DNA of 64,000 bases, from NCBI RefSeq assembly GCF_001194135.2, contig NC_068988.1, positions 44,407,649 through 44,471,648 on the forward strand. Reading direction: 5' to 3'. The notes under the pieces were generated by a model. The model saw nothing but the letters and a program-made list of their open reading frames with translations. It made no database searches and was not told where the DNA came from. The translations under genes and the position numbers were made by a program. This document shows positions 25,420 to 39,674 of the stretch, one piece after another. Each line of letters opens with the position of its first letter. Position 1 is the first letter of the stretch. This DNA is from Octopus bimaculoides (taxonomy: Eukaryota).

Positions 25420-25620
25420 TTGCTCTCATATAGTCATGATCATAAGATTGAGGTTTCGATTCCTGGACTGGGATATACATTGTGTTCTTCAGCAAAATAT
25501 TTCATTTCATGTTGCTCCAGTCCACTCAGCTGTCAAAAATCAGTAATCCTGTGATGGACAGGTGTCCTGTCTAGGTGGAGAATTTATACGCTGTGAAAAG
25601 GGGAATCCAGCCCTTATGAA
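25420..25620 (+). mobile_element. CORE-type SINE family E fragment
   Basis: GGTTTCGATTCCTGGACTGGG...TTTCATGTTGCTCCAGTCCACTCAGCTG, matching the reverse of 30540-30680. Confidence 0.6.
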
Positions 25621-25714
25621 TCAGGATGACTCGAGAAGGAAAACTTTACTTTACCTCTTTGTCTATGTCGCTGTTTATTTGTCCCTCTTACTTTTTATTT
25701 ATTTGTATATAGGG

Positions 25715-25873
25715 ATAGGCATGGCTGTGTGGTTAAGAAGTTTGCTTCCCAACCATGTGGTTTGAGGTTCAATTCCAGTGCATGACACCTTGGGCAAGTG
25801 TCTACTATAGTCCTGGGTCGGCCAAAACATTTTGAGTGGATCTAGTAGTAGAGGGAAACTGCAAAAAAGCCCA
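25715..25873 (+). mobile_element. SINE family A, 5' half
   Basis: GGCATGGCTGTGTGGTTAAGAAGTTTGC...CCTTGGGCAAGTGTCT. Confidence 0.75.
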
Positions 25874-25876
25874 TCC

Positions 25877-25970
25877 ACCCAAGTGGCACAATTGATTAAC
25901 GCACCTTCCTTGTGTTAGTCACAAGTTGAGCGATATGTGGAGGTTGTGAGTTCAAGCCTCACCCAGGGCT
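25877..25970 (+). pseudogene. Intron-containing tRNA-Ile(UAU)-like pseudogene
   Basis: 38-nt 5' half + 20-nt intron (25915-25934) + ATGTGGAGGTTGTGAGTTCAAGCCTCACCCAGGGCT aligns to recalled metazoan tRNA-Ile(UAU); anticodon position now TGT, acceptor stem broken; T6 run at 25974-25979. Confidence 0.6.
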
Positions 25971-26059
25971 GAGTTTTTTAACTGGTGGTGCTCCAGCATG
26001 TCTCAGACCTTAGGGCTGAAACATGTAAAAGAATAAAAGTAAAAGAATATATGTGTGTG

Positions 26060-26094
<35 letters not shown>

Positions 26095-26101
<7 letters not shown>

Positions 26102-26470
26102 CATGTATATCTGTGTCACCTTGTCTTGACATTGAGTGATAGTTGTAAATGAGTGTCACTGTTATACATGCGGTGTCATTCATTTCCAGTATTCTGTAAA
26201 AACATGTCTGGTCTTGGGAGGAAATATTACCTTGTTTGAAAATAGGTGAGGGTTGGTGACAGGAAAGGCGTCTGGTCAAAGAAAATCTGCCGCAATAAAC
26301 TCTGCCTGACCCAGCCAAGCATGGTAAAGCAAAAATTAGAATGATGATGACAATAGTAATAATGATAATGATGATGATGATGATGATGATGCTGATGACG
26401 ACGATGATGTTGATGATGACGATTATGACGATAATGTTGATGGTGATGAGGGTGATGATGATGGCAATGG

Positions 26471-26504
<34 letters not shown>

Positions 26505-26720
26505 ATCAATGATGGTGATGATAGCAATGATGATGATGATGATGATGACAATGGTGATGATGATGATGATGACAATGATGATGGCCATGATGATGATGAT
26601 GATGGCAATGATAATGATGATAATGATGGCGATGATGATAACGATGATGATGATGATGATGATGATGATGGCAGTGATGATGATGATGATGATGATGGCA
26701 ATGATGATGATGATGATATA
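26095..26720 (+). mobile_element. Family D-like repeat whose tail runs into ~380 bp of degenerate (GAT)n
   Basis: GACAGGAAAGGCGTCTGG...CAAGCATGGTAAAGCAAAAATTAGAATGATGATG then an expanded GAT tract. Confidence 0.65.
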
Positions 26721-27378
26721 TATCTGTGTATCTAACCACCTGTCTGTTAATATGTCAAACCTTCCATCTTTCTCATTTGTCTGTCTTTTGTTCTTTCTGT
26801 CCATCTTCCTATATTTGCTGGTCTTTCCGTTTATAATCCGCTTCTATATACATATTTGTATGCTTAATTTATCCAAGTGACTTTTTCTTGCACTCTACCT
26901 GTATTTTATTAGAAGTGGCAGCAATATAATTAACATTAGTATAACTTGTCGGAAAGGAAAATTAAGTACCTTAATTATANNNNNNNNNNNNNNNNNNNNN
27001 NNNNNNNNNNNNNNNNNNNNNNNNNNNNNNNNNNNNNNNNNNNNNNNNNNNNNNNNNNNNNNNNNNNNNNNNNNNNNNNNNNNNNNNNNNNNNNNNNNNN
27101 NNNNNNNNNNNNNNNNNNNNNNNNNNNNNNNNNNNNNNNNNNNNNNNNNNNNNNNNNNNNNNNNNNNNNNNNNNNNNNNNNNNNNNNNNNNNNNNNNNNN
27201 NNNNNNNNNNNNNNNNNNNNNNNNNNNNNNNNNNNNNNNNNNNNNNNNNNNNNNNNNNNNNNNNNNNNNNNNNNNNNNNNNNNNNNNNNNNNNNNNNNNN
27301 NNNNNNNNNNNNNNNNNNNNNNNNNNNNNNNNNNNNNNNNNNNNNNNNNNNNNNNNNNNNNNNNNNNNNNNNNNNNNN

Positions 27379-27409
<31 letters not shown>

Positions 27410-27410
<1 letters not shown>

Positions 27411-27625
27411 GTGTGTGTGTGTGTTTGTCCCCCCACCATCGCTTGACAACCGATGCTGGTGTGTTTACGTCCCTGTAACTTAGCGGTTCGGCAAAAGAGA
27501 CCGATAGAATAAGTACTAGGCTTACAAAGAATAAGTCTTGGGGTTGATTTGCTCGACTATAAAAGGCGATGCTCCAGCATGGCCGCAGTCAAATGACTGA
27601 AACAAGTAAAAGAAAATAAAAGAAA
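27410..27625 (+). mobile_element. SINE family A, 3' half, low divergence
   Basis: Near-consensus body and tail with CpGs retained. Confidence 0.85.
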
Positions 27626-28744
27626 ATAATTAACCCCTCCCCATGCTTTTAGTTGATATGAACTGATACTCATTCAGCACATTGTGTAATATTTAATGCC
27701 TGTCATTAAATATGTACACACATACACAATCATCATCATGGACATTAAATGATGAGGATGATGATGATACACACAGAGGCATATACAAACACCACCTATG
27801 TGTAATGCACATATAAGCACATCTTTAGATAAATGTACAACTTTGTACAATATACAAGCACGCACGCCCATTGTGCATATGAATGCATTCGTATATTACA
27901 TATGCATACACACACATATACATAGATGCATATATATATATATACATATGAATAGATAGATAGATAAATAGATAAATAAATAAGTAGATAGATAGACAGA
28001 CAGATAAATAGACAGATAAATTTGCCCTTATATATAATGTTCATACACACACACGCACACATATACACATGTATACAAATACTTATTCATGCTAAATATA
28101 CATATGCATACAGTCACATACAAACATACATACACGTACATTGTTATATATATATATATATATATATATATGANNNNNNNNNNNNNNNNNNNNNNNNNNN
28201 NNNNNNNNNNNNNNNNNNNNNNNNNNNNNNNNNNNNNNNNNNNNNNNNNNNNNNNNNNNNNNNNNNNNNNNNNNNNNNNNNNNNNNNNNNNNNNNNNNNN
28301 NNNNNNNNNNNNNNNNNNNNNNNNNNNNNNNNNNNNNNNNNNNNNNNNNNNNNNNNNNNNNNNNNNNNNNNNNNNNNNNNNNNNNNNNNNNNNNNNNNNN
28401 NNNNNNNNNNNNNNNNNNNNNNNNNNNNNNNNNNNNNNNNNNNNNNNNNNNNNNNNNNNNNNNNNNNNNNNNNNNNNNNNNNNNNNNNNNNNNNNNNNNN
28501 NNNNNNNNNNNNNNNNNNNNNNNNNNNNNNNNNNNNNNNNNNNNNNNNNNNNNNNNNNNNNNNNNNNNNNNNNNNNNNNNNNNNNNNNNNNTATATATAT
28601 ATATATGTGCATACATACATACATAAACATGTACATACATGAATACATACATACATACATACATACATACATACATACATACATACAGATAAATAGATAG
28701 ATAAATAGATATTTAGCCAGACAGACAAACAGATAGATAGATAA

Positions 28745-28784
<40 letters not shown>

Positions 28785-29989
28785 ATAGATAAATAGATAG
28801 ATAGATTGATAGATATATATGCCCTTATATACAATGTTCGCAAATACACATATATACACATAGAGTTACATACAAGCATACATACATATGCATAGTTATA
28901 CATACATACAAATAGATAGATACATAGCTAGACAGACAGACAGGCTGACAGCTAGATAGATAGACAGATAGACTGATAGATATATATACTCTTATATATA
29001 ATGTTCACACATACACATGTACACAAATACTTATGCCCACCAAAAATACATATACACACCATTACATATATGCATACATACACATACATAGTTATATATA
29101 CACTTACGTTTAATATATATACACTTACGTTTAATATATATACAACTGAAATATATATGTCTCCTCCCTATACATATATAGTTACAAACACATGCACAAG
29201 TTTCGAGTAAGACAACTATATCATCAGTCCAATAACAACAACAGCAAGAAAACCACTACCACCATTAGCAACAACAACAGCAACAACAAAAGACAACAAG
29301 CACTTCTTTGCCATTTGGCTGCAGCACGGTTGGTAATTCTTACAATTTCAGGCAACTTATTATCGTCTGCTACATTAGGTTCTTGGTGTCCATCAAACAG
29401 CGATAATAAAATGGTACAGTTTATGAATGTAGTCTTGTGACCACTTATCCATTTACATTCGCCTCAATGCTTCCACCAGCTTGATTTCTTACTAACTGCC
29501 ATTGACTTTAGGAAAGTTAGGGGAATGAAGGCACATACCAAAAAAATAAAATAAAATAAAATAAAATAAATAAATAAATAAATAAATAAAGAAATAAAGA
29601 AAATGAAAGAAAAAATTTCAAGGAAACAAAGCCAAGTAAAAGAAACAAGAAACGAAAAGCATGTAGTGTTGTAGTGGTGGTGGTGGTAGTGATGGTGGTG
29701 GTGGTTGTGGTAGTGGTGGTGGTGGTGGTGATGATGGTGGTCATTGTGTTGTTGTTGGTAGTGGTGATGGTGATGGAAATAAAGGAAAATTTGTACCTTT
29801 CCTTTTAATTTTCATTTCTTTATTCTTTTATTTTTCACCCCCACCAAAATATCCTACTCCATTGTTTTAAAATTTTTTCCCCTAATCTTCTGTTTATATT
29901 CTCTATATTTCATGATTTTTCATTTTTTTTTGTCTCCTTTATTTATATTTTATACCTACTAAAAAGGAGGAAGTCCATAAGACATAACA

Positions 29990-31180
29990 TCACAACTGAC
30001 TAAGGATGCATCCTAAAACAATGTCAAGCATTGCAATACCTTGTCACACATTATAACGTGATGTTATGACATTGCAACTGGCTAAGGACATGTCATAATA
30101 TAATGAAATACATCACCATGTCTTGCCTCATAGCATTATATGACAGCAGCATAACTAACTAAGAAAACATCCAATGTAAAACGCTACAAAATACTGTCAC
30201 TTTGTTATGTAATATTACAACAAACATACACAACACAACAGGCTAAGGGTAAAGACCCTGCTTTGCCCATGAACGACCATGGCATGGGATTGCACCTAGA
30301 AAGTTACCATCTGAGGCACAAGTCCAGGCAAGGTTGTTTATGGAAGACCAGCAGCTGCCCATGCATTCTAGCCTCTCCTCTCCATGTCCTGGAGATGTTG
30401 TTTGGCCAACAAGTCTGGCCAAGGTTGTTTATAAAAAACTAACAGTTGCTCTTGTACACCAGCCTCCCCTCTCCACACCACTGATGTTATCCAGGAGAAA
30501 GGCAAAAACTGATGTTGTTTGGCCTCAGTGACATAGCAACTCATTTCAACAGACGAGTGAACTGGAACAACATGAAATAAAGTGTCTTACTCAAGAGCAC
30601 AACACACAGCCCGGTCCAGGAATTGAACTCACTACCTCATGATTGTGAGCCCAACACTCTAACCACTGAGCCATGTGTCTACATAAACTGGGAACACAAT
30701 GTAATATCGCAATTATATTATATTGTTGTAATACATTATGCAATGTAATGTATTACAACATCACATTACACACTATAATATAAAATTCTTTCTATTATAT
30801 GCAGAAAGCTCAAAATTTGGTGTGACAGAACTATTCAATTACATCGACTCCCATGCTTAACTGGTACTAATTTTATTAACCCTAAAAGGCTGAAAGGCAA
30901 AGTTGACCTCGGCAGAATTTGAACTCAGAACATAAAAGCAGAAGACATGTTGCCTAAATGTTTCATCCAACATGCTATCCACAACAACACAACTGGCTAA
31001 GAATGTATCATAAAATAATGTAATACGTCACGTCATGTGACACAGCTTAATGTAATACCACAACAATACAAAGGAACAGGCTTAAGACACATCATAAAAT
31101 AATGATTCTCATCACAATATTATGTCACACTTCTTAATGTAATGTCCCAACAATACAACAAGTTAAAGACATATCACAAA
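29990..31180. repeat. Old ~82-bp tandem array interrupted by SINEs
   Basis: AACTGGCTAAG-like anchors at ~29994, 30076, 30154, 30238, 30990, 31076, 31160. Confidence 0.55.
30246..30681 (-). mobile_element. CORE-type SINE family E, full length
   Basis: Minus-strand tRNA head GGCTCAGTGGTTAGAGTGTTGGG...GAGTTCAATTCC, CORE-like TGTGCTCTTGAGTAAGACACTTTA. Confidence 0.75.
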
Positions 31181-31384
31181 ATAATCCTTTCTACTATAGG
31201 CACAAGGCCTGAATTTGGTGGGAGCGGGCCAGTCGACTAGATTGACCCCAGTACACAACTGGTACTTATTTTATCATATCCTAAACAACATTATGCCAAT
31301 AACTGACCACTGGTTTCTCACAAGAGTTCCCAACATACTGGTATACATCTACTACCACACTATAGCACTTCTACCATCTCTTCT

Positions 31385-31560
31385 TCTAGTAGGAATCAAC
31401 CCTAACACCTGGGAAACAGAAGCCACTGAGCATCCATCCTGGTAAAGAGCAATTCATTTTGGTTGTTTCAATTTGAGGAGAGGAGAAATACTGAAGAAGA
31501 AGCAAAAAGAAGGCAACACTTGACCTGGCAATTCCAGCCAAGATCGCCACCCACTCTGCC
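31385..31560 (+). mobile_element. RTE-clade LINE C-terminal fragment
   Basis: GINPNTWETEATEHPSW*RAIHFG...FEERRNTEEEAKRR resembles RTE/BovB C-termini. Confidence 0.55.
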
Positions 31561-31940
31561 CACTGGCTTAGGAATGAAGCTTGCTTGGGGGTGGGGCAAA
31601 CCCAGGTCCCAAATTTTTAATGAATATTGTCTTATTGTTTTCTTTTTATTTTTGTTCTTTGAGAAGTAACCTGACTTCAAGCTACTTTTTACAGATCACT
31701 TTTTATGCAGATATCTAAACCTGAGAAAAGTAAGTAGGGGTGTAAATTTTGATTTTGAAACCCCCGCACCTATTCACCCCCATTTGCCTGGTCCAGGAAT
31801 TGAAACCACAATCTTACAGTCATGAGTGCAACAACCTAACCACTAAGCTACACACCTCCACCTTCTACCTGATATTGATATATATATATATTATTATAAA
31901 CGATGATGATGATGATGATGTGCATGGATCTCCCTCTCTT

Positions 31941-31992
<52 letters not shown>

Positions 31993-31997
31993 ATATA

Positions 31998-33048
<1,051 letters not shown>

Positions 33049-33196
33049 ATGTACATAAGCATATGTATGTGTATATATATATGTATATATATGTATATGT
33101 ATGTATATCATATATATATATATACATGTATATGTGTGTATATATGCATATATATATATATGTGTAAGTTTGTGTATATATGTGTGTAAGTGTGTG

Positions 33197-33227
<31 letters not shown>

Positions 33228-33559
33228 GTATNNNNNNNNNNNNNNNNNNNNNNNNNNNNNNNNNNNNNNNNNNNNNNNNNNNNNNNNNNNNNNNNNNNNN
33301 NNNNNNNNNNNNNNNNNNNNNNNNNNNNNNNNNNNNNNNNNNNNNNNNNNNNNNNNNNNNNNNNNNNNNNNNNNNNNNNNNNNNNNNNNNNNNNNNNNNN
33401 NNNNNNNNNNNNNNNNNNNNNNNNNNNNNNNNTATATATATATATATATATATATGTACATATGTATATATATGCATTTATGCATATATATGTATATATA
33501 TAAATTGTCACCATGTTATATTTTTAATTTTGCACATACACAATGTTTTTTTGACTTTG

Positions 33560-34349
33560 TCAACCACACAGTATAGTAGAGTCAGTTGAGACACCATCTG
33601 TGAGAAAAGCAGCACCATGACACAATTCACTCTGCCAGAAATTTGGAAACGACATGCTGTATTACTTGGCATTTGCACCGGAAGTTCCATTGCAGAGTGT
33701 TTGGGTATCAATCTGAGGACATGCACCAAGAGTGATAAAAATCAAACATGCATTCAACATCCTCTTGTTTGGAGTGATTACTAGTGATGGCAATGTAATG
33801 CCGCGATTCATATCCCCACATGGCCTCAGACTCAACACAGAGGCCTACATCTAGTGCTTGGGGGAGGTAGTGCTACCCTGGGTCAAGAGGGTGGCTGCTG
33901 GAAGACCCTATGTCTGGCAACAAGGCTCTGCACCATGCCACACAAGCAGGAGAACCCAGTCATGACTGTCAGACAATTTCTGTGGCCACATCACTCCTAA
34001 CATCTAGCCACCTAACTCCCTAGACTGCAACCCACTTGATTATTATGTATGGGGTGCAGTTGAGTGAGGGACCAATAAAACTCCTTGTAACACCAAGAAT
34101 GAATTGAAGGCAGGGATTATGGCAGCATTCACCAACTTAAACAAGGAGACTGTCCAGAAGAGTTGCAGGAGATTCCAAAGTCATCTGGAGGTTGTGTTTG
34201 AAGCCAATGGCCATTTTATTGACTAAATTTACTCTTTAGTATTTCAAGATATTTTTATGTAATTTTGGTAAATATATCTGTTAAAATGAAATGTCAGTGT
34301 TATTTTCATTTCTGCAAAATTTAGATGACAGTTTATTCACTGTACCCTG

Positions 34350-34352
<3 letters not shown>
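33560..34352 (+). mobile_element. Tc1/mariner DD37D (maT-type) transposon, internally deleted, pseudogenised
   Basis: ATG at 33617 MTQFTLPEIWKRHAVLLG...; PYVWQQGSAPCH...PNSLDCNPLDYYVWGAVE (37-residue spacing); 3' end ...CACTGTACCCTGTA. Confidence 0.85.
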
Positions 34353-34381
<29 letters not shown>

Positions 34382-34810
34382 AAAAGGTTGAATTATATTT
34401 CATTATTTTATTCTGGAGAGTTCCAAAAAACGATTTCTAATAAAGATTCTTCATATTTTGCTAGTAGCTTACTAGTGTAAGTTTGGGAATATGAAAATAA
34501 TACTTGAAAATAATAATATGGTGTGCTATGTGAATTTATGGAAAGGTATCCCATAGAACTCAACAAATTTGTTAAAAATGGAGAAGAGAAGCTGTTAAAA
34601 TTTGAAAGAATTTTAATACATGCATATTATCATTTCAAACAGTGATATTAAAACATGCAAATTCATGGTAGAATGATTAAATTAATTTGATTAAATTAAT
34701 TATATATCACTGTTCGCCTCAGTGCAAGAAGTATAAACAGAAAATTATTATTACAGAGGTCTTGAGACAAGAAATAGTAGAGAATAATTTCGAATATACA
34801 TGTTTATCCT

Positions 34811-34939
34811 TACTTCCCAACCACATGGTTCCGGGTTCAGTCCCACTGTGCGGCACCTTGGGTAAGTGTCTTTTACTATAGCCTCAGGCTGACCAAAGCC
34901 TTGTGAGTGGATTTGGTTGACGGAAACTGAAAGAAGTCT

Positions 34940-35014
<75 letters not shown>

Positions 35015-35799
35015 CATATATAATTTAGAGAAAAACCAACTATTAACAAATTCAACAATGAAAGACAAACATACCACAAAAACTCTATTCCAAAAATCNN
35101 NNNNNNNNNNNNNNNNNNNNNNNNNNNNNNNNNNNNNNNNNNNNNNNNNNNNNNNNNNNNNNNNNNNNNNNNNNNNNNNNNNNNNNNNNNNNNNNNNNNN
35201 NNNNNNNNNNNNNNNNNNNNNNNNNNNNNNNNNNNNNNNNNNNNNNNNNNNNNNNNNNNNNNNNNNNNNNNNNNNNNNNNNNNNNNNNNNNNNNNNNNNN
35301 NNNNNNNNNNNNNNNNNNNNNNNNNNNNNNNNNNNNNNNNNNNNNNNNNNNNNNNNNNNNNNNNNNNNNNNNNNNNNNNNNNNNNNNNNNNNNNNNNNNN
35401 NNNNNNNNNNNNNNNNNNNNNNNNNNNNNNNNNNNNNNNNNNNNNNNNNNNNNNNNNNNNNNNNNNNNNNNNNNNNNNNNNNNNNNNNNNNNNNNNNNNN
35501 NNNNNNNNNNNNNNNNNNNNNNNNNNNNNNNNNNNNNNNNNNNNNNNNNNNNNNNNNNNNNNNNNNNNNNNNNNNNNNNNNNNNNNNNNNNNNNNNNNNN
35601 NNNNNNNNNNNNNNNNNNNNNNNNNNNNNNNNNNNNNNNNNNNNNNNNNNNNNNNNNNNCCCAGTAACTTAGCAGCTCAGCAAAAGAGACTTATAGAGTA
35701 AGTACTAGGCTTACAAAGAACAAATCCTGGGGTCGATTTCTTCGACTAAAGGCGGTGCTCCAGCATGGCCACAGTTAAATGACTGAAACAAGTAAAAGA

Positions 35800-35800
<1 letters not shown>
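34811..35800 (+). mobile_element. Family A 5' half (34811-34960) and 3' half (35660-35800) on either side of a gap
   Basis: Family A head and tail sequences. Confidence 0.7.
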
Positions 35801-35833
<33 letters not shown>

Positions 35834-36224
35834 ACTATAGCTTTTCTAACTGGTGCTAGTCTGTACATCTACTATCACACTGTAGCTGTTCTGCTTGGTA
35901 AATATTTTGATGGGTTCAATTCAGACCAATAATATTGACAAGTTTCTTCTCACACGACTAATATCACTGACAGGTAACTTCTCACAAATCTCTGACCGAA
36001 ACACGCCTGTATTTTTATCCAAACTTCAAAACCGCAAGAACTCAATGCCTCCATTAAACAAACTTATATGTAAACACTTCAGCTGATTTAGACAGAGGTA
36101 GAACTCTGAACTATTTCTTCTATGTCTGTGTGTGTGTGTATATATGCATGCATGTGTGTGCGTGTGTGTGCATGTGTGCATGTGTATGTGTGTGTGTGTG
36201 TGTGTGTACACACGCACACTATAG

Positions 36225-36360
36225 AGAAACCTGGAAACCTGCCAGACCCATGAAAGTGGAACATCGAACACAAACCCACTGACCTGAAAATCACAAAAGG
36301 AAATATCCGGAAGAAATTCAAAGACTTAAATGCTGGGAAATCTCCAAGGACAGATGGGTA
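36225..36360 (+). mobile_element. CR1/L2-like LINE fragment
   Basis: LKITKGNIRKKFKDLNAGKSPRTDG resembles the pre-RT K-S/A-P-G-P-D-G motif. Confidence 0.45.
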
Positions 36361-36429
36361 TTTCACAATGATGGAGTGGTGATGATGGAGGTTGAACTAA
36401 CCCCCCCTCGCCACCATCTTACAATCTTT

Positions 36430-37203
36430 TCATCTCTCTCTCCTTCTCTCTGTCTACCTATTTAGATCTCTCTCTCTCTATATATATACCTCTCTCTCTC
36501 TCTATATATATATACCTCTCTATATATATATACCTCTCTCTCTCTCTCTCTCTCTTTGTTAAACTGTATCTTTGTCACACTCTTTTTTTGCAATATCTCT
36601 CTTCCTCTCTCTCTCTATCTCTGTCTCATTTGGCTTTTTATTTATTTTTACAATTATTTTTTTTACTTTTCTTCTTCTTTCTGTGCTACTATTGAATCAT
36701 TTTTGAATGCTTTCTCTCTCTCCTTTTATCTCTCTCTCTCTCTCTCTCTTTCTTTCATACACTTCTTTTCTCTTGCTTTCTTTCATTCTTGTTGTTGTTG
36801 TTGTTTTTCTTCTTCTTCTTCTTCTTCTTCTTCTTCTTCTTCTTCTTCTTCTTCTTCTTCTTCTTGTTCTTCTTCTTCTTCTTCTTCTTCTTCTTCTTCT
36901 TCTTCTTCTTCTTCTTCTTCTTGTTTTTCTTCTTCTTCTTCTTGCTTTTCTTCTTCTTCTTGCTTTTCTTCTTCTTGCTTTTCTTCTTCTTCTTGTTTCT
37001 TCTTCTTCTTCTTCTTGCTTTTCTTCTTCTTCTTCTTCTTCTTCTTCTTCTTCTTCTTCTTCTTCTTCTTCTTCTTCTTCTTCTGCCACCTTTCCCTTCT
37101 TATTCTTTCCCTCTTCCTCCTTTTCTTCCTTCTCATATCAAATCTTTGTTTGTCTCTCTCATACTTTCTCCTCACACTTTAACTTCACAACAGACGTTAA
37201 AGA

Positions 37204-37237
<34 letters not shown>

Positions 37238-37330
37238 TGTTGGTGAATTTTGCTTCTAACTCTCACTCCCCTTCCTCTCTCTCCTTCCCACTCCATGTTT
37301 CTTGTTCCTTCTTATACTGTCCTCTTTCTA

Positions 37331-37400
<70 letters not shown>
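36430..37400. repeat. Compound polypyrimidine block: (CT)n, ~290 bp (TTC)n, (GATGAC)n, (CT)n
   Basis: Directly visible. Confidence 0.95.
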
Positions 37401-37405
<5 letters not shown>

Positions 37406-37937
37406 TGCCACTCCTCCTTTCTCTGTGGTTCTCTCTGCCCCTCTCTGCTCCTCCTTGTTTTTATCTCCTCCTCTTACTCAGATTTGCTTCCCATCCTTTT
37501 TCAGTCTACTTCTACTATTTCCTTCTAATTCCTGTTGTTTACAAACTTCTGTAGGGTTATCATTATCTTCAGCAGCATCATAACCATTACCATCATCATT
37601 ATAATGACCAACAACACCGTTTGTTGCAACAATAAGAAGGAACTAACCAGGGAGACCCTTTGCGTTTGCTTGAGCAGCTGGACATAGCAGTCAAAATCGC
37701 CTTCAAATAGTACTTTGAGACCAGGAAGCATTACATGACATAATTCTACAAATCACTACAAAAGATGAATGGGGTTACAGCTTGAATGCTTTTGATTCAG
37801 GCTGACCTAAGTTTAAACAACAACAACAGTGATACCAACAACAACAGTAGCAGCAACATCAGAAGCAGCAACATCAGCACCATTATTATAGTTGCCATCT
37901 TTATATTTTGTCCTTAAATATATGCTTCAATAAATAT

Positions 37938-38094
37938 ATGGTTGTGTGGTAAGAAGCTTGCTTCCCAACCACATGGTTTTGGGTTCAGTCCCATTGTGTG
38001 GCATCTTGGGCAAGTGTCTTCTTTTATAGCCATGGCTGTTCAAAGTCTTGAGTGGATTTGGTGGACAGAAACTAAAAGAAGCCCATGATATATT

Positions 38095-38188
<94 letters not shown>

Positions 38189-38395
38189 TGTGTCTGTGTT
38201 TGTGCCCCAACATCGTTTGACAACCGATGCTGGTGTGTTTACATCCCTGTAACTTAGTGGTTCGGCAAAACAGACTGATAGAATAAGCACTAGGCTTACA
38301 AAGCATAAGTCCTGGGGGCGATTTGCACTATTAAAGGTGGTGCTCCAGCATGGCCACAGTCAAATGACTGAAACAAGTAAAAGAGTAAAAAAGAG
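37938..38395 (+). mobile_element. SINE family A, full length
   Basis: Head, internal (TA)n(TG)n, tail with GAGTAAA repeats. Confidence 0.85.
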
Positions 38396-38452
38396 TAAAG
38401 AGTATATATATATATACACACGCACATACACACACACATTTATATAGATACA

Positions 38453-38492
<40 letters not shown>

Positions 38493-38921
38493 AATGTATG
38501 TATATATGTATGCTCTTACCACATAAACACACTCTCAGACTCACACACACAAACATATAAACATACATTTTGACTTACATATACATGTCTGAACACATTT
38601 GTATATGTACACTCACACGCATATACAAATGCATAGATACACAACACTAGTCTAAGTAGAAGAGAAGAAAGTGCATTTCTAGTGTGTAGCACATTAGTCT
38701 TAACCCATTCAAACTTACATCCCAGACTGGTTCCTATTCCAGTATGTAAACGGATTCAGTTACCTGCCTAAATATTGCATCATAAAGATGTAATGTGATA
38801 TCTATACCATAGATATGATATCTATGCAGAGTTTATTGATTGGACCATTGTTTTCACCTCATGCATGATGGTAAAAAAATAGATTTTAGTTTTTTTTAAA
38901 ACTAGCTGTTTCAATGCTCAC

Positions 38922-39011
38922 CAGTTCTTTCCCTAATACTATGAGTTGTCTCTTCGCTGTCATTTTCAGGGATGTCAGTACATATTTCTTCTTGGCACTT
39001 TATAAAGCATG
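38922..39011 (-). CDS. Candidate 90-nt phase 1-1 coding exon, unknown protein
   Basis: ttaacag|CA...ACTG|gtgagc; open frame (A)CFIKCQEEICTDIPENDSEETTHSIRERT(G); no homology recognised. Confidence 0.25.
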
Positions 39012-39674
39012 CTGTTAAGTGGATTTGTTTGTATATATTTTACAACAATTTCCCTAGGAGTCATTGTCAAAAGGATGAAACTCAGAAATGATCTGAAAGA
39101 GTCACTGACGATCCTAGTTTACTTTGTTAAATATGTGAGATTTTTAATACATCAGTGCTCCAATCAAAATATTTTTATTATTATCATTGAGTTCTTTATA
39201 AATCCTATGTGTGAACTATTTCTTCAACTTAAATTTTATTTCAAATTTAGCTTTATTTTTACATATGTATATATGTGTCTATGTGTGTGTCTATATACTT
39301 ATATACATATATCTATATATCTATATATCTATATCTACATACATGCATATGCATAAATCTTATTGTGTGTATATGTATCTGTATATTTGTGCATACATGC
39401 ACACACGCACACACACATATATATGCATACACACATCTATACACATATAGGTATACACTCACACACAAATATTTATGCATACATACAAACATACATACAT
39501 ATGCACGTACATATGTACATATATACGTACATGCATACATACATACATACATACATACATACATACATACATACATGCATACATCCATACATATATGTAT
39601 GTATATATTTATTGAAAATATATATATAATTATTTCCCTAAAAATTCTTCTTCTCTTCTTTTCACATCTGGTAC

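Noticed and set aside
31780-31860. tRNA-like sequence on the minus strand (also the heads of all SINE families)
   Set aside because: Decayed SINE heads without a complete cloverleaf; not called as functional tRNA genes.
35890-36090. Minus frame SLDKNTGVFR... with a faint cadherin-like look
   Set aside because: In-frame stops and no LDRE or DxNDN motifs.
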